64,000 bases of DNA from Bispira polyomma (taxonomy: Eukaryota): contig OZ287754.1 in assembly GCA_965649765.1 (NCBI GenBank), positions 62,868,001 to 62,932,000 of the forward strand. The letters are read 5' to 3'. The notes beneath the pieces are model-generated. The model was given only the letters and a program-made list of their open reading frames with translations, made no database searches and was not told where the DNA came from. Positions 1 through 12,285 of this stretch are shown here, one piece after another. The first letter of the stretch is position 1; each line of letters opens with the position of its first letter. Made by a program: the position numbers and the translations under genes.

Positions 1-160
1 AACATCAGTATCTGGTGGCACAGTTCAGTTTTATTGGTGTAAAAGCTAACAGACTATGAATAAGACCGATTATTGTGTCAGAATTGATGATATTAAGGAT
101 TTAATTTGCTTTTCTTGATACCGTTTCCTGGTATTGGTTAGTAGCCCAATAACATAACAC

Positions 161-254
161 CAACTCTGGTGGGACTCAAACCCACAGCCTCCGAATACCC
201 TATTTGCATACATTTTCTAGAAGTCCGACGCGCTATCCATTGCGCCACAGAGTC
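161..254 (-). pseudogene. trnR-TCT: tRNA-Arg(TCT), intron-containing, B-box mutant
   Basis: Cloverleaf present, but T-loop reads TTTGAG (C56T) and the T4 terminator is broken (TGTT). Confidence 0.7.
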
Positions 255-922
255 AATTGATAACAACTCAAAAGACTAACATATGCTGGAATCAAAACAT
301 CTAGTATACAAGATTAAGATAATTAAATCGCATACAGAATGAACCATTGATGTCTCTCATCTCCTCACATATAGATGTATAAATCTAAAACCTTAAAATA
401 TGACCAGTCTTCAGACAAATTTCACTGAAACAATGTTTAAATGACACTGATGTCTCTTTAGACGGATGAACCCTAATAAACAATTGAACACAATTTGTTA
501 ATTGACACTCCTACTGACAAAATAATCCTTGCACAGGTGAAGCTGGTTTAATAATTCACGTACTTGTCTAACAATGAAGCGTGCAATGTATAATAAATAT
601 GATCTTTAGAAAGCAAGACCACCACTTGTCAAAGCATAAAAGTTGAACATTATAGTTAGGCTGACATTTAAGGGTAATCATTGAAGATATATAGAAACAT
701 CAAGCTATTAACTGAACCAATTACATTGTGTTTGATTTTGATGACACTGCTAAGCAAGTTCAGCAATTAGATTCTGTAACCAAATTGAAGTTTGCCATCA
801 GATGATAGTGCTGTAATGACAGAATTTCAGGAACACTGGTGACAAGTGACTTAGTTGAGAATGTTTTAAGTCAAAGCTTTAATTTCCACATAAAAACCAT
901 GGTCAGCCACCAGGATGTTCCT

Positions 923-995
923 TGCCAGGATCCAGGATAGACCCAGGGACCTTTAGATCTTCAGTCTAACACTCTCCCAACTGAGCTATTCCAGC
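923..995 (-). pseudogene. trnF-GAA: degenerate tRNA-Phe(GAA)
   Basis: Several substitutions versus array consensus, including a destroyed T-loop (+ strand ggatagacc instead of ggattgaacc). Confidence 0.8.
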
Positions 996-1235
996 TGACA
1001 ATTAAAACTGTCTTACATCATTTGACATAAAACACCTTAGTTTGGTTCCACCTTGGGTTGACCAAAAGAGCTTCAAACATCAGTATCTGGTGGCACAGTT
1101 CAGTTTTATTGGTGTAAAAGCTAACAGACTATGAATAAGACCGATTATTGTGTCAGAATTGATGATATTAAGGATTTAATTTGCTTTTCTTGATACCGTT
1201 TCCTGGTATTGGCTAGTAGCCCAATAACATAACAC

Positions 1236-1329
1236 CAACTCTGGTGGGACTCAAACCCACAGCCTCCAAATACCCTATTTGCATACATTTTCTAGAAGTC
1301 CGACGCGCTATCCATTGCGCCACAGAGTC
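1236..1329 (-). pseudogene. trnR-TCT: tRNA-Arg(TCT), B-box mutant
   Basis: C56T plus an anticodon-stem change (ctccaaat). Confidence 0.75.
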
Positions 1330-1996
1330 AATTGATAACAACTCAAAAGACTAACATATGCTGGAATCAAAACATCTAGTATACAAGATTAAGATAATTA
1401 AATCGCATACAGAATGAACCATTGATGTCTCTCATCTCCTCACATATAGATGTATAAATCTAAAACCTTAAAATATGACCAGTCTTCAGACAAATTTCAC
1501 TGAAACAATGTTTAAATGGCACTGATGTCTCTTTAGACGGATGAACCCTAATAAACAATTGAACACAATTTGTTAATTGACACTCCTACTGACAAAATAA
1601 TCCTTGCACAGGTGAAGCTGGTTTAATAATTCACGTACTTGTCTAACAATGAAGCGTGCAATGTATAATAAATATGATCTTTAGAAAGCAAGACCACCAC
1701 TTGTCAAAGCATAAAAGTTGAACATTATAGTTAGGCTGACATTTAAGGGTAATCATTGAAGATATATAGAAACATCAAGCTATTAACTGAACCAATTACA
1801 TTGTGTTTGATTTTGATGACACTGCTAAGCAAGTTCAGCAATTAGATTCTGTAACCAAATTGAAGTTTGCCATCAGATGATAGTGCTGTAATGACAGAAT
1901 TTCAGGAACAGTGGTGACAAGAGATCTCGTTCAGAATGCTTAAGTCAAAGCTTTAATTTCCACATAAAAACCATGGTCAGCCACCAGGATGTTCCT

Positions 1997-2069
1997 TGCC
2001 AGAACCAGGGATTGAACCATGGACCTTTAGATTTTCAGTCAAATGCTCTCCCAACTGAGTTATTGCGGC
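1997..2069 (-). pseudogene. trnF-GAA: degenerate tRNA-Phe(GAA)
   Basis: Multiple stem mismatches versus consensus. Confidence 0.8.
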
Positions 2070-2162
2070 TGACAATTAAAACTATCTCACATCATTTGAC
2101 ATAAAGCACCTTTGTTTGGAAACTGTTTCATAGTATTGGTTAGTAGCCCAATAAAATAACAC

Positions 2163-2256
2163 CAACTCTGGTGGGACTCAAACCCACAGCCTCCGAATAC
2201 CCTATTTGCATACACTTTCTAGAAGTCTGACCCGCTATCCATTGTGTCACAGAGTC
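2163..2256 (-). pseudogene. trnR-TCT: degenerate tRNA-Arg(TCT)
   Basis: C56T, with D-stem and anticodon-stem changes (gtctgacccgc, tgtgtcac). Confidence 0.8.
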
Positions 2257-2385
2257 AATTGACAACAACTCAAAAGATGAACATATGCTGCAATCAAACC
2301 ATCTAGTATACAAGATTAAGATAATTAAATTACATACAGAATGAACCATTGATGTCTCTCATTTCCTCATATATATATATGTATA

Positions 2386-2642
2386 TTTGAATTTGAATTT
2401 GGATATTTAACGTCCACTCTAGTACCTTTTAGTAGCTTATTTTTGGTCGGGTAGTTGGAAACGCTGGAGGAAACACTGCATACAGTCAGGGAAGGTTCTG
2501 CACTGAAACCAGCAGCCCACAGTAAGGAACTACCACCTTTCCCACATAGGCATCGACGGGATTCAAACTCAAGGCCTCCAGAGGTGAGTGACGAGTGATT
2601 GTGAAGCGCAATGCTTGCTAACCACTAGACTACCGCGGCCCC
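2386..2642 (-). mobile_element. tRNA-derived SINE inserted in array spacer
   Basis: GGGGCCGCGG head, A-box TAGTCTAGTGG, B-box-like GTTTGAATCC, (TTCAAA)n tail. TSD ~atatatatgtata; the empty site is present in other units. Homologous copies at 49448 and 61083. Confidence 0.9.
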
Positions 2643-3207
2643 TACATATATATGTATAAATCTGAAACATATACCTTAAAATATGACCAGTCTTCAAACA
2701 AATTTCACTGAAACAATGTTTAAATGACACTGATGTCTCTTTAGAAGGATAAACCCTAGTAAACAATTGAATACAATTTGTTAATTGACACTCCTACTGA
2801 CAAAATAATCCTTGCACAGGTGAAGCTTGTTTAATAATTTACGTACTTGTCTAACAATGAAGCGTGCAATGTATAATAAATTATGCTATTTAGAAAACAA
2901 GACCACCACTTGTCAAGGCATAAAAGTTGAACATTATAGCTAGGCTTACATTGAAGGGTAATCATTAAAGATATATAGAAACATCAAGCTATTAACTGAA
3001 CCAATTACATCGTGTTTGATTTTGATGACACTGCCAAGCAAGTTCAGCAATTAGACTCTGTAACCAAATTGAAGTTTGCCATCAGATGATACGTGTTTTA
3101 ATGACAGAATTTTAGGAACACTGGTGACAAGTCACCTAGTTGAGAATGTTTTAAGTCAAAGCTTTAATTTCCACATAAAAACCATGGTCAGCCACCAGGA
3201 TGTTCCT

Positions 3208-3280
3208 TGCCGGAACCCGGGATTGAACCAGGGACCTTTAGATCTTCAGTCTAACGCTCTCCCAACTGAGCTATTCCGGC
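3208..3280 (-). tRNA. trnF-GAA: tRNA-Phe(GAA)
   Basis: GCCGGAATAGCTCAGTTGGGAGAGCGTTAGACTGAAGATCTAAAGGTCCCTGGTTCAATCCCGGGTTCCGGCA; complete 73-nt cloverleaf. Confidence 0.93.
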
Positions 3281-3519
3281 TGACAATTAAAACTGTCTTA
3301 CATCATTTGACATAAAGCACCTTAGTTTGGATCCACCTTGGGTTGACCAAAAGAGCTTCAAACATCAGTATCTGGTGGCACACTTCAGTTTTATTGGTGT
3401 AAAAGCTAACAGACAATGAATAAGACTGATTATTGTGTCGGAATTGATGATATTTAAGATTCAATTTGCTTTCTTGATACCGTTTCCTGGTATTGGCTAG
3501 TAGCCCAATAACATAACAC

Positions 3520-3613
3520 CAACTCTGGTGGGACTCAAACCCACAGCCTCCAAATACCCTATTTGCATACATTTTCTAGAAGTCCGACGCGCTATCCATT
3601 GCGCCACAGAGTC
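3520..3613 (-). pseudogene. trnR-TCT: tRNA-Arg(TCT), B-box mutant (duplicate of 1236)
   Basis: Same variants as the 1236 copy, offset 2284 bp. Confidence 0.75.
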
Positions 3614-4280
3614 AATTGATAACAACTCAAAAGACTAACATATGCTGGAATCAAAACATCTAGTATACAAGATTAAGATAATTAAATCGCATACAGAATG
3701 AACCATTGATGTCTCTCATCTCCTCACATATAGATGTATAAATCTAAAACCTTAAAATATGACCAGTCTTCAGACAAATTTCACTGAAACAATGTTTAAA
3801 TGGCACTGATGTCTCTTTAGACGGATGAACCCTAATAAACAATTGAACACAATTTGTTAATTGACACTCCTACTGACAAAATAATCCTTGCACAGGTGAA
3901 GCTGGTTTAATAATTCACGTACTTGTCTAACAATGAAGCGTGCAATGTATAATAAATATGATCTTTAGAAAGCAAGACCACCACTTGTCAAAGCATAAAA
4001 GTTGAACATTATAGTTAGGCTGACATTTAAGGGTAATCATTGAAGATATATAGAAACATCAAGCTATTAACTGAACCAATTACATTGTGTTTGATTTTGA
4101 TGACACTGCTAAGCAAGTTCAGCAATTAGATTCTGTAACCAAATTGAAGTTTGCCATCAGATGATAGTGCTGTAATGACAGAATTTCAGGAACAGTGGTG
4201 ACAAGAGATCTCGTTCAGAATGCTTAAGTCAAAGCTTTAATTTCCACATAAAAACCATGGTCAGCCACCAGGATGTTCCT

Positions 4281-4353
4281 TGCCAGAACCAGGGATTGAA
4301 CCATGGACCTTTAGATTTTCAGTCAAATGCTCTCCCAACTGAGTTATTGCGGC
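4281..4353 (-). pseudogene. trnF-GAA: degenerate tRNA-Phe(GAA) (duplicate of 1997)
   Basis: Same variants as the 1997 copy. Confidence 0.8.
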
Positions 4354-4446
4354 TGACAATTAAAACTATCTCACATCATTTGACATAAAGCACCTTTGTT
4401 TGGAAACTGTTTCATAGTATTGGTTAGTAGCCCAATAAAATAACAC

Positions 4447-4540
4447 CAACTCTGGTGGGACTCAAACCCACAGCCTCCGAATACCCTATTTGCATACACT
4501 TTCTAGAAGTCTGACCCGCTATCCATTGTGTCACAGAGTC
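4447..4540 (-). pseudogene. trnR-TCT: degenerate tRNA-Arg(TCT) (duplicate of 2163)
   Basis: Same variants as the 2163 copy. Confidence 0.8.
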
Positions 4541-4669
4541 AATTGACAACAACTCAAAAGATGAACATATGCTGCAATCAAACCATCTAGTATACAAGAT
4601 TAAGATAATTAAATTACATACAGAATGAACCATTGATGTCTCTCATTTCCTCATATATATATATGTATA

Positions 4670-4926
4670 TTTGAATTTGAATTTGGATATTTAACGTCCA
4701 CTCTAGTACCTTTTAGTAGCTTATTTTTGGTCGGGTAGTTGGAAACGCTGGAGGAAACACTGCATACAGTCAGGGAAGGTTCTGCACTGAAACCAGCAGC
4801 CCACAGTAAGGAACTACCACCTTTCCCACATAGGCATCGACGGGATTCAAACTCAAGGCCTCCAGAGGTGAGTGACGAGTGATTGTGAAGCGCAATGCTT
4901 GCTAACCACTAGACTACCGCGGCCCC
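4670..4926 (-). mobile_element. SINE copy duplicated within the 2284-bp segment
   Basis: Same sequence and flanks as 2386-2642. Confidence 0.9.
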
Positions 4927-5460
4927 TACATATATATGTATAAATCTGAAACATATACCTTAAAATATGACCAGTCTTCAAACAAATTTCACTGAAACAA
5001 TGTTTAAATGACACTGATGTCTCTTTAGAAGGATAAACCCTAGTAAACAATTGAATACAATTTGTTAATTGACACTCCTACTGACAAAATAATCCTTGCA
5101 CAGGTGAAGCTTGTTTAATAATTTACGTACTTGTCTAACAATGAAGCGTGCAATGTATAATAAATTATGCTATTTAGAAAACAAGACCACCACTTGTCAA
5201 GGCATAAAAGTTGAACATTATAGCTAGGCTTACATTGAAGGGTAATCATTAAAGATATATAGAAACATCAAGCTATTAACTGAACCAATTACATCGTGTT
5301 TGATTTTGATGACACTGCCAAGCAAGTTCAGCAATTAGACTCTGTAACCAAATTGAAGTTTGCCATCAGATGATACGTGTTTTAATGACAGAATTTTAGG
5401 AACACTGGTGACAAGTCACCTAGTTGAGAATGTTTTAAGTCAAAGCTTTAATTTCCACAT

Positions 5461-5465
5461 AAAAA
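5461..5465 (-). terminator. Pol III T5 terminator of tRNA-Phe (present in every unit)
   Basis: TTTTT on the minus strand, 26 nt after the discriminator base. Confidence 0.65.
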
Positions 5466-5491
5466 CCATGGTCAGCCACCAGGATGTTCCT

Positions 5492-5564
5492 TGCCGGAAC
5501 CCGGGATTGAACCAGGGACCTTTAGATCTTCAGTCTAACGCTCTCCCAACTGAGCTATTCCGGC
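5492..5564 (-). tRNA. trnF-GAA: tRNA-Phe(GAA)
   Basis: consensus copy. Confidence 0.93.
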
Positions 5565-5793
5565 TGACAATTAAAACTGTCTTACATCATTTGACATAAA
5601 GCACCTTAGTTTGGATCCACCTTGGGTTGACCAAAAGAGCTTCAAACATCAGTATCTGGTGGCACACTTCAGTTTTATTGGTGTAAAAGCTAACAGACAA
5701 TGAATAAGACTGATTATTGTGTCGGAATTGATGATATTTAAGATTCAATTTGCTTTCTTGATACCGTTTCATAGTATTGGCTAGTAGCCCAAT

Positions 5794-5797
5794 AAAA
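5794..5797 (-). terminator. Pol III T4 terminator of tRNA-Arg (all central units)
   Basis: TTTT on the minus strand, 6 nt after the discriminator base. Confidence 0.6.
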
Positions 5798-5803
5798 TAA
5801 CAC

Positions 5804-5897
5804 CAACTCTGGTGGGACTCGAACCCACAGCCTCCGAATACCCTATTTGCAATCACTTTCTAGAAGTCCGACGCGCTATCCATTGCGCCACAGAGTC
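5804..5897 (-). tRNA. trnR-TCT: tRNA-Arg(TCT) with 21-nt intron
   Basis: GACTCTGTGGCGCAATGGATAGCGCGTCGGACTTCTA[GAAAGTGATTGCAAATAGGGT]ATTCGGAGGCTGTGGGTTCGAGTCCCACCAGAGTTG; intron at the canonical 37/38 position. Confidence 0.92.
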
Positions 5898-5967
5898 AAT
5901 TCATAACAACTCCAAAGACCAACATATGCTGGAATCAAAACATCTAGTATACAAGATTCAGATAATT

Positions 5968-6997
5968 AAATCATATACAGAATGAACCATTGATGTCTCT
6001 CATCTCCTCACATATATATGTATAAATCTGAAACATATACCTTTAAATATGACCAGTCTTCAGACAAATTTCACTGAAACAATGTTTAAATGACACTGAT
6101 GTCTCTTTAGAAGGATAAACCCTAGTAAACAATTGAATACAATTTGTTAATTGACACTCCTACTGACAAAATAATCCTTGCACAGGTGAAGCTTGTTCAA
6201 TAATTCACGTACTTGTCTAACAATTAAGCGTGCAATGTATAATAAATTATGCTATTTAGAAAACAAGACCACTACTTGTCAAAGCATAAAATTTGAACAT
6301 TACAGCTAGTCTGACATTGAAGGGTAATCATTAAAGATATATAGAAACATCAAGCTATTAACTGAACCAATTACATCGTGTTTGATTTTGATGAAACTGC
6401 CAAGCAAGTTCAGCAATTAGACTCTGTAACCAAATTGAAGTTTGCCATCAGATGATACGTGTTTTAATGACAGAATTTTAGGAAATCATATACAGAATGA
6501 ACCATTGATGTCTCTCATCTCCTCACATATATATGTATAAATCTGAAACATATACCTTTAAATATGACCAGTCTTCAGACAAATTTCACTGAAACAATGT
6601 TTAAATGACACTGATGTCTCTTTAGAAGGATAAACCCTAGTAAACAATTGAATACAATTTGTTAATTGACACTCCTACTGACAAAATAATCCTTGCACAG
6701 GTGAAGCTTGTTCAATAATTCACGTACTTGTCTAACAATTAAGCGTGCAATGTATAATAAATTATGCTATTTAGAAAGCAAGACCACCACTTGTCAAAGC
6801 ATAAAAGTTGAACATTACAGCTAGTCTGACATTGAAGGGTAATCATTAAAGATATATAGAAACATCAAGCTATTAACTGAACCAATTACATCGTGTTTGA
6901 TTTTGATGACACTGCCAAGCAAGTTCAGCAATTAGACTCTGTAACCAAATTGAAGTTTGCCATCAGATGATACGTGTTTTAATGACAGAATTTTAGG
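5968..6997. repeat. Two copies of the 515-bp spacer subrepeat (variant A then variant B); representative unit
   Basis: 'aaatcatatacagaatg' starts at 5968 and 6483. Confidence 0.95.
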
Positions 6998-7088
6998 AAC
7001 ACTGGTGACAAGTCACCTAGTTGAGAATGTTTTAAGTCAAAGCTTTAATTTCCACATAAAAACCATGGTCAGCCACCAGGATGTTCCT

Positions 7089-7161
7089 TGCCGGAACCCG
7101 GGATTGAGCCAGGGACCTTTAGATCTTCAGTCTAACGCTCTCCCAACTGAGCTATTCCGGC
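7089..7161 (-). tRNA. trnF-GAA: tRNA-Phe(GAA), T54C variant (B-box hit, possibly non-functional)
   Basis: ggattgagcc at 7101-7110. Confidence 0.7.
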
Positions 7162-7400
7162 TGACAATTAAAACTGTCTTACATCATTTGACATAAAGCA
7201 CCTTAGTTTGGATCCACCTTGGGTTGACCAAAAGAGCTTCAAACATCAGTATCTGGTGGCACACTTCAGTTTTATTGGTGTAAAAGCTAACAGACAATGA
7301 ATAAGACTGATTATTGTGTCGGAATTGATGATATTTAAGATTCAATTTGCTTTCTTGATACCGTTTCATAGTATTGGCTAGTAGCCCAATAAAATAACAC

Positions 7401-7494
7401 CAACTCTGGTGGGACTCGAACCCACAGCCTCCGAATACCCTATTTGCAATCACTTTCTAGAAGTCCGACGCGCTATCCATTGCGCCACAGAGTC
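7401..7494 (-). tRNA. trnR-TCT: tRNA-Arg(TCT) with intron
   Basis: consensus copy. Confidence 0.92.
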
Positions 7495-8685
7495 AATTCA
7501 TAACAACTCCAAAGACCAACATATGCTGGAATCAAAACATCTAGTATACAAGATTCAGATAATTAAATCATATACAGAATGAACCATTGATGTCTCTCAT
7601 CTCCTCACATATATATGTATAAATCTGAAACATATACCTTTAAATATGACCAGTCTTCAGACAAATTTCACTGAAACAATGTTTAAATGACACTGATGTC
7701 TCTTTAGAAGGATAAACCCTAGTAAACAATTGAATACAATTTGTTAATTGACACTCCTACTGACAAAATAATCCTTGCACAGGTGAAGCTTGTTCAATAA
7801 TTCACGTACTTGTCTAACAATTAAGCGTGCAATGTATAATAAATTATGCTATTTAGAAAACAAGACCACTACTTGTCAAAGCATAAAATTTGAACATTAC
7901 AGCTAGTCTGACATTGAAGGGTAATCATTAAAGATATATAGAAACATCAAGCTATTAACTGAACCAATTACATCGTGTTTGATTTTGATGAAACTGCCAA
8001 GCAAGTTCAGCAATTAGACTCTGTAACCAAATTGAAGTTTGCCATCAGATGATACGTGTTTTAATGACAGAATTTTAGGAAATCATATACAGAATGAACC
8101 ATTGATGTCTCTCATCTCCTCACATATATATGTATAAATCTGAAACATATACCTTTAAATATGACCAGTCTTCAGACAAATTTCACTGAAACAATGTTTA
8201 AATGACACTGATGTCTCTTTAGAAGGATAAACCCTAGTAAACAATTGAATACAATTTGTTAATTGACACTCCTACTGACAAAATAATCCTTGCACAGGTG
8301 AAGCTTGTTCAATAATTCACGTACTTGTCTAACAATTAAGCGTGCAATGTATAATAAATTATGCTATTTAGAAAGCAAGACCACCACTTGTCAAAGCATA
8401 AAAGTTGAACATTACAGCTAGTCTGACATTGAAGGGTAATCATTAAAGATATATAGAAACATCAAGCTATTAACTGAACCAATTACATCGTGTTTGATTT
8501 TGATGACACTGCCAAGCAAGTTCAGCAATTAGACTCTGTAACCAAATTGAAGTTTGCCATCAGATGATACGTGTTTTAATGACAGAATTTTAGGAACACT
8601 GGTGACAAGTCACCTAGTTGAGAATGTTTTAAGTCAAAGCTTTAATTTCCACATAAAAACCATGGTCAGCCACCAGGATGTTCCT

Positions 8686-8758
8686 TGCCGGAACCCGGGA
8701 TTGAACCAGGGACCTTTAGATCTTCAGTCTAACGCTCTCCCAACTGAGCTATTCCGGC
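8686..8758 (-). tRNA. trnF-GAA: tRNA-Phe(GAA)
   Basis: consensus copy. Confidence 0.93.
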
Positions 8759-8997
8759 TGACAATTAAAACTGTCTTACATCATTTGACATAAAGCACCT
8801 TAGTTTGGATCCACCTTGGGTTGACCAAAAGAGCTTCAAACATCAGTATCTGGTGGCACACTTCAGTTTTATTGGTGTAAAAGCTAACAGACAATGAATA
8901 AGACTGATTATTGTGTCGGAATTGATGATATTTAAGATTCAATTTGCTTTCTTGATACCGTTTCATAGTATTGGCTAGTAGCCCAATAAAATAACAC

Positions 8998-9091
8998 CAA
9001 CTCTGGTGGGACTCGAACCCACAGCCTCCGAATACCCTATTTGCAATCACTTTCTAGAAGTCCGACGCGCTATCCATTGCGCCACAGAGTC
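8998..9091 (-). tRNA. trnR-TCT: tRNA-Arg(TCT) with intron
   Basis: consensus copy. Confidence 0.92.
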
Positions 9092-10282
9092 AATTCATAA
9101 CAACTCCAAAGACCAACATATGCTGGAATCAAAACATCTAGTATACAAGATTCAGATAATTAAATCATATACAGAATGAACCATTGATGTCTCTCATCTC
9201 CTCACATATATATGTATAAATCTGAAACATATACCTTTAAATATGACCAGTCTTCAGACAAATTTCACTGAAACAATGTTTAAATGACACTGATGTCTCT
9301 TTAGAAGGATAAACCCTAGTAAACAATTGAATACAATTTGTTAATTGACACTCCTACTGACAAAATAATCCTTGCACAGGTGAAGCTTGTTCAATAATTC
9401 ACGTACTTGTCTAACAATTAAGCGTGCAATGTATAATAAATTATGCTATTTAGAAAACAAGACCACTACTTGTCAAAGCATAAAATTTGAACATTACAGC
9501 TAGTCTGACATTGAAGGGTAATCATTAAAGATATATAGAAACATCAAGCTATTAACTGAACCAATTACATCGTGTTTGATTTTGATGAAACTGCCAAGCA
9601 AGTTCAGCAATTAGACTCTGTAACCAAATTGAAGTTTGCCATCAGATGATACGTGTTTTAATGACAGAATTTTAGGAAATCATATACAGAATGAACCATT
9701 GATGTCTCTCATCTCCTCACATATATATGTATAAATCTGAAACATATACCTTTAAATATGACCAGTCTTCAGACAAATTTCACTGAAACAATGTTTAAAT
9801 GACACTGATGTCTCTTTAGAAGGATAAACCCTAGTAAACAATTGAATACAATTTGTTAATTGACACTCCTACTGACAAAATAATCCTTGCACAGGTGAAG
9901 CTTGTTCAATAATTCACGTACTTGTCTAACAATTAAGCGTGCAATGTATAATAAATTATGCTATTTAGAAAGCAAGACCACCACTTGTCAAAGCATAAAA
10001 GTTGAACATTACAGCTAGTCTGACATTGAAGGGTAATCATTAAAGATATATAGAAACATCAAGCTATTAACTGAACCAATTACATCGTGTTTGATTTTGA
10101 TGACACTGCCAAGCAAGTTCAGCAATTAGACTCTGTAACCAAATTGAAGTTTGCCATCAGATGATACGTGTTTTAATGACAGAATTTTAGGAACACTGGT
10201 GACAAGTCACCTAGTTGAGAATGTTTTAAGTCAAAGCTTTAATTTCCACATAAAAACCATGGTCAGCCACCAGGATGTTCCT

Positions 10283-10355
10283 TGCCGGAACCCGGGATTG
10301 AACCAGGGACCTTTAGATCTTCAGTCTAACGCTCTCCCAACTGAGCTATTCCGGC
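10283..10355 (-). tRNA. trnF-GAA: tRNA-Phe(GAA)
   Basis: consensus copy. Confidence 0.93.
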
Positions 10356-10594
10356 TGACAATTAAAACTGTCTTACATCATTTGACATAAAGCACCTTAG
10401 TTTGGATCCACCTTGGGTTGACCAAAAGAGCTTCAAACATCAGTATCTGGTGGCACACTTCAGTTTTATTGGTGTAAAAGCTAACAGACAATGAATAAGA
10501 CTGATTATTGTGTCGGAATTGATGATATTTAAGATTCAATTTGCTTTCTTGATACCGTTTCATAGTATTGGCTAGTAGCCCAATAAAATAACAC

Positions 10595-10688
10595 CAACTC
10601 TGGTGGGACTCGAACCCACAGCCTCCGAATACCCTATTTGCAATCACTTTCTAGAAGTCCAACGCGCTATCCATTGCGCCACAGAGTC
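10595..10688 (-). tRNA. trnR-TCT: tRNA-Arg(TCT) with intron, C28T variant
   Basis: gtccaacg, variant base at 10661. Confidence 0.82.
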
Positions 10689-11879
10689 AATTCATAACAA
10701 CTCCAAAGACCAACATATGCTGGAATCAAAACATCTAGTATACAAGATTCAGATAATTAAATCATATACAGAATGAACCATTGATGTCTCTCATCTCCTC
10801 ACATATATATGTATAAATCTGAAACATATACCTTTAAATATGACCAGTCTTCAGACAAATTTCACTGAAACAATGTTTAAATGACACTGATGTCTCTTTA
10901 GAAGGATAAACCCTAGTAAACAATTGAATACAATTTGTTAATTGACACTCCTACTGACAAAATAATCCTTGCACAGGTGAAGCTTGTTCAATAATTCACG
11001 TACTTGTCTAACAATTAAGCGTGCAATGTATAATAAATTATGCTATTTAGAAAACAAGACCACTACTTGTCAAAGCATAAAATTTGAACATTACAGCTAG
11101 TCTGACATTGAAGGGTAATCATTAAAGATATATAGAAACATCAAGCTATTAACTGAACCAATTACATCGTGTTTGATTTTGATGAAACTGCCAAGCAAGT
11201 TCAGCAATTAGACTCTGTAACCAAATTGAAGTTTGCCATCAGATGATACGTGTTTTAATGACAGAATTTTAGGAAATCATATACAGAATGAACCATTGAT
11301 GTCTCTCATCTCCTCACATATATATGTATAAATCTGAAACATATACCTTTAAATATGACCAGTCTTCAGACAAATTTCACTGAAACAATGTTTAAATGAC
11401 ACTGATGTCTCTTTAGAAGGATAAACCCTAGTAAACAATTGAATACAATTTGTTAATTGACACTCCTACTGACAAAATAATCCTTGCACAGGTGAAGCTT
11501 GTTCAATAATTCACGTACTTGTCTAACAATTAAGCGTGCAATGTATAATAAATTATGCTATTTAGAAAGCAAGACCACCACTTGTCAAAGCATAAAAGTT
11601 GAACATTACAGCTAGTCTGACATTGAAGGGTAATCATTAAAGATATATAGAAACATCAAGCTATTAACTGAACCAATTACATCGTGTTTGATTTTGATGA
11701 AACTGCCAAGCAAGTTCAGCAATTAGACTCTGTAACCAAATTGAAGTTTGCCATCAGATGATACGTGTTTTAATGACAGAATTTTAGGAACACTGGTGAC
11801 AAGTCACCTAGTTGAGAATGTTTTAAGTCAAAGCTTTAATTTCCACATAAAAACCATGGTCAGCCACCAGGATGTTCCT

Positions 11880-11952
11880 TGCCGGAACCCGGGATTGAAC
11901 CAGGGACCTTTAGATCTTCAGTCTAACGCTCTCCCAACTGAGCTATTCCGGC
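11880..11952 (-). tRNA. trnF-GAA: tRNA-Phe(GAA)
   Basis: consensus copy. Confidence 0.93.
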
Positions 11953-12191
11953 TGACAATTAAAACTGTCTTACATCATTTGACATAAAGCACCTTAGTTT
12001 GGATCCACCTTGGGTTGACCAAAAGAGCTTCAAACATCAGTATCTGGTGGCACACTTCAGTTTTATTGGTGTAAAAGCTAACAGACAATGAATAAGACTG
12101 ATTATTGTGTCGGAATTGATGATATTTAAGATTCAATTTGCTTTCTTGATACCGTTTCATAGTATTGGCTAGTAGCCCAATAAAATAACAC

Positions 12192-12285
12192 CAACTCTGG
12201 TGGGACTCGAACCCACAGCCTCCGAATACCCTATTTGCAATCACTTTCTAGAAGTCCGACGCGCTATCCATTGCGCCACAGAGTC
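12192..12285 (-). tRNA. trnR-TCT: tRNA-Arg(TCT) with intron
   Basis: consensus copy. Confidence 0.92.

Noticed and set aside
5775-5794. Hairpin tattggctagtagcccaata as a functional terminator
   Set aside because: It lies beyond the T4 signal, is imperfect, and Pol III termination needs only oligo-T.
5968-6482. snoRNA or other ncRNA hidden in the 515-bp spacer (TGATGA/CTGA-like words)
   Set aside because: No convincing C/D box pair with a terminal stem, and no A/B boxes. Such words are expected in AT-rich DNA. An Rfam scan would be needed to reopen this.
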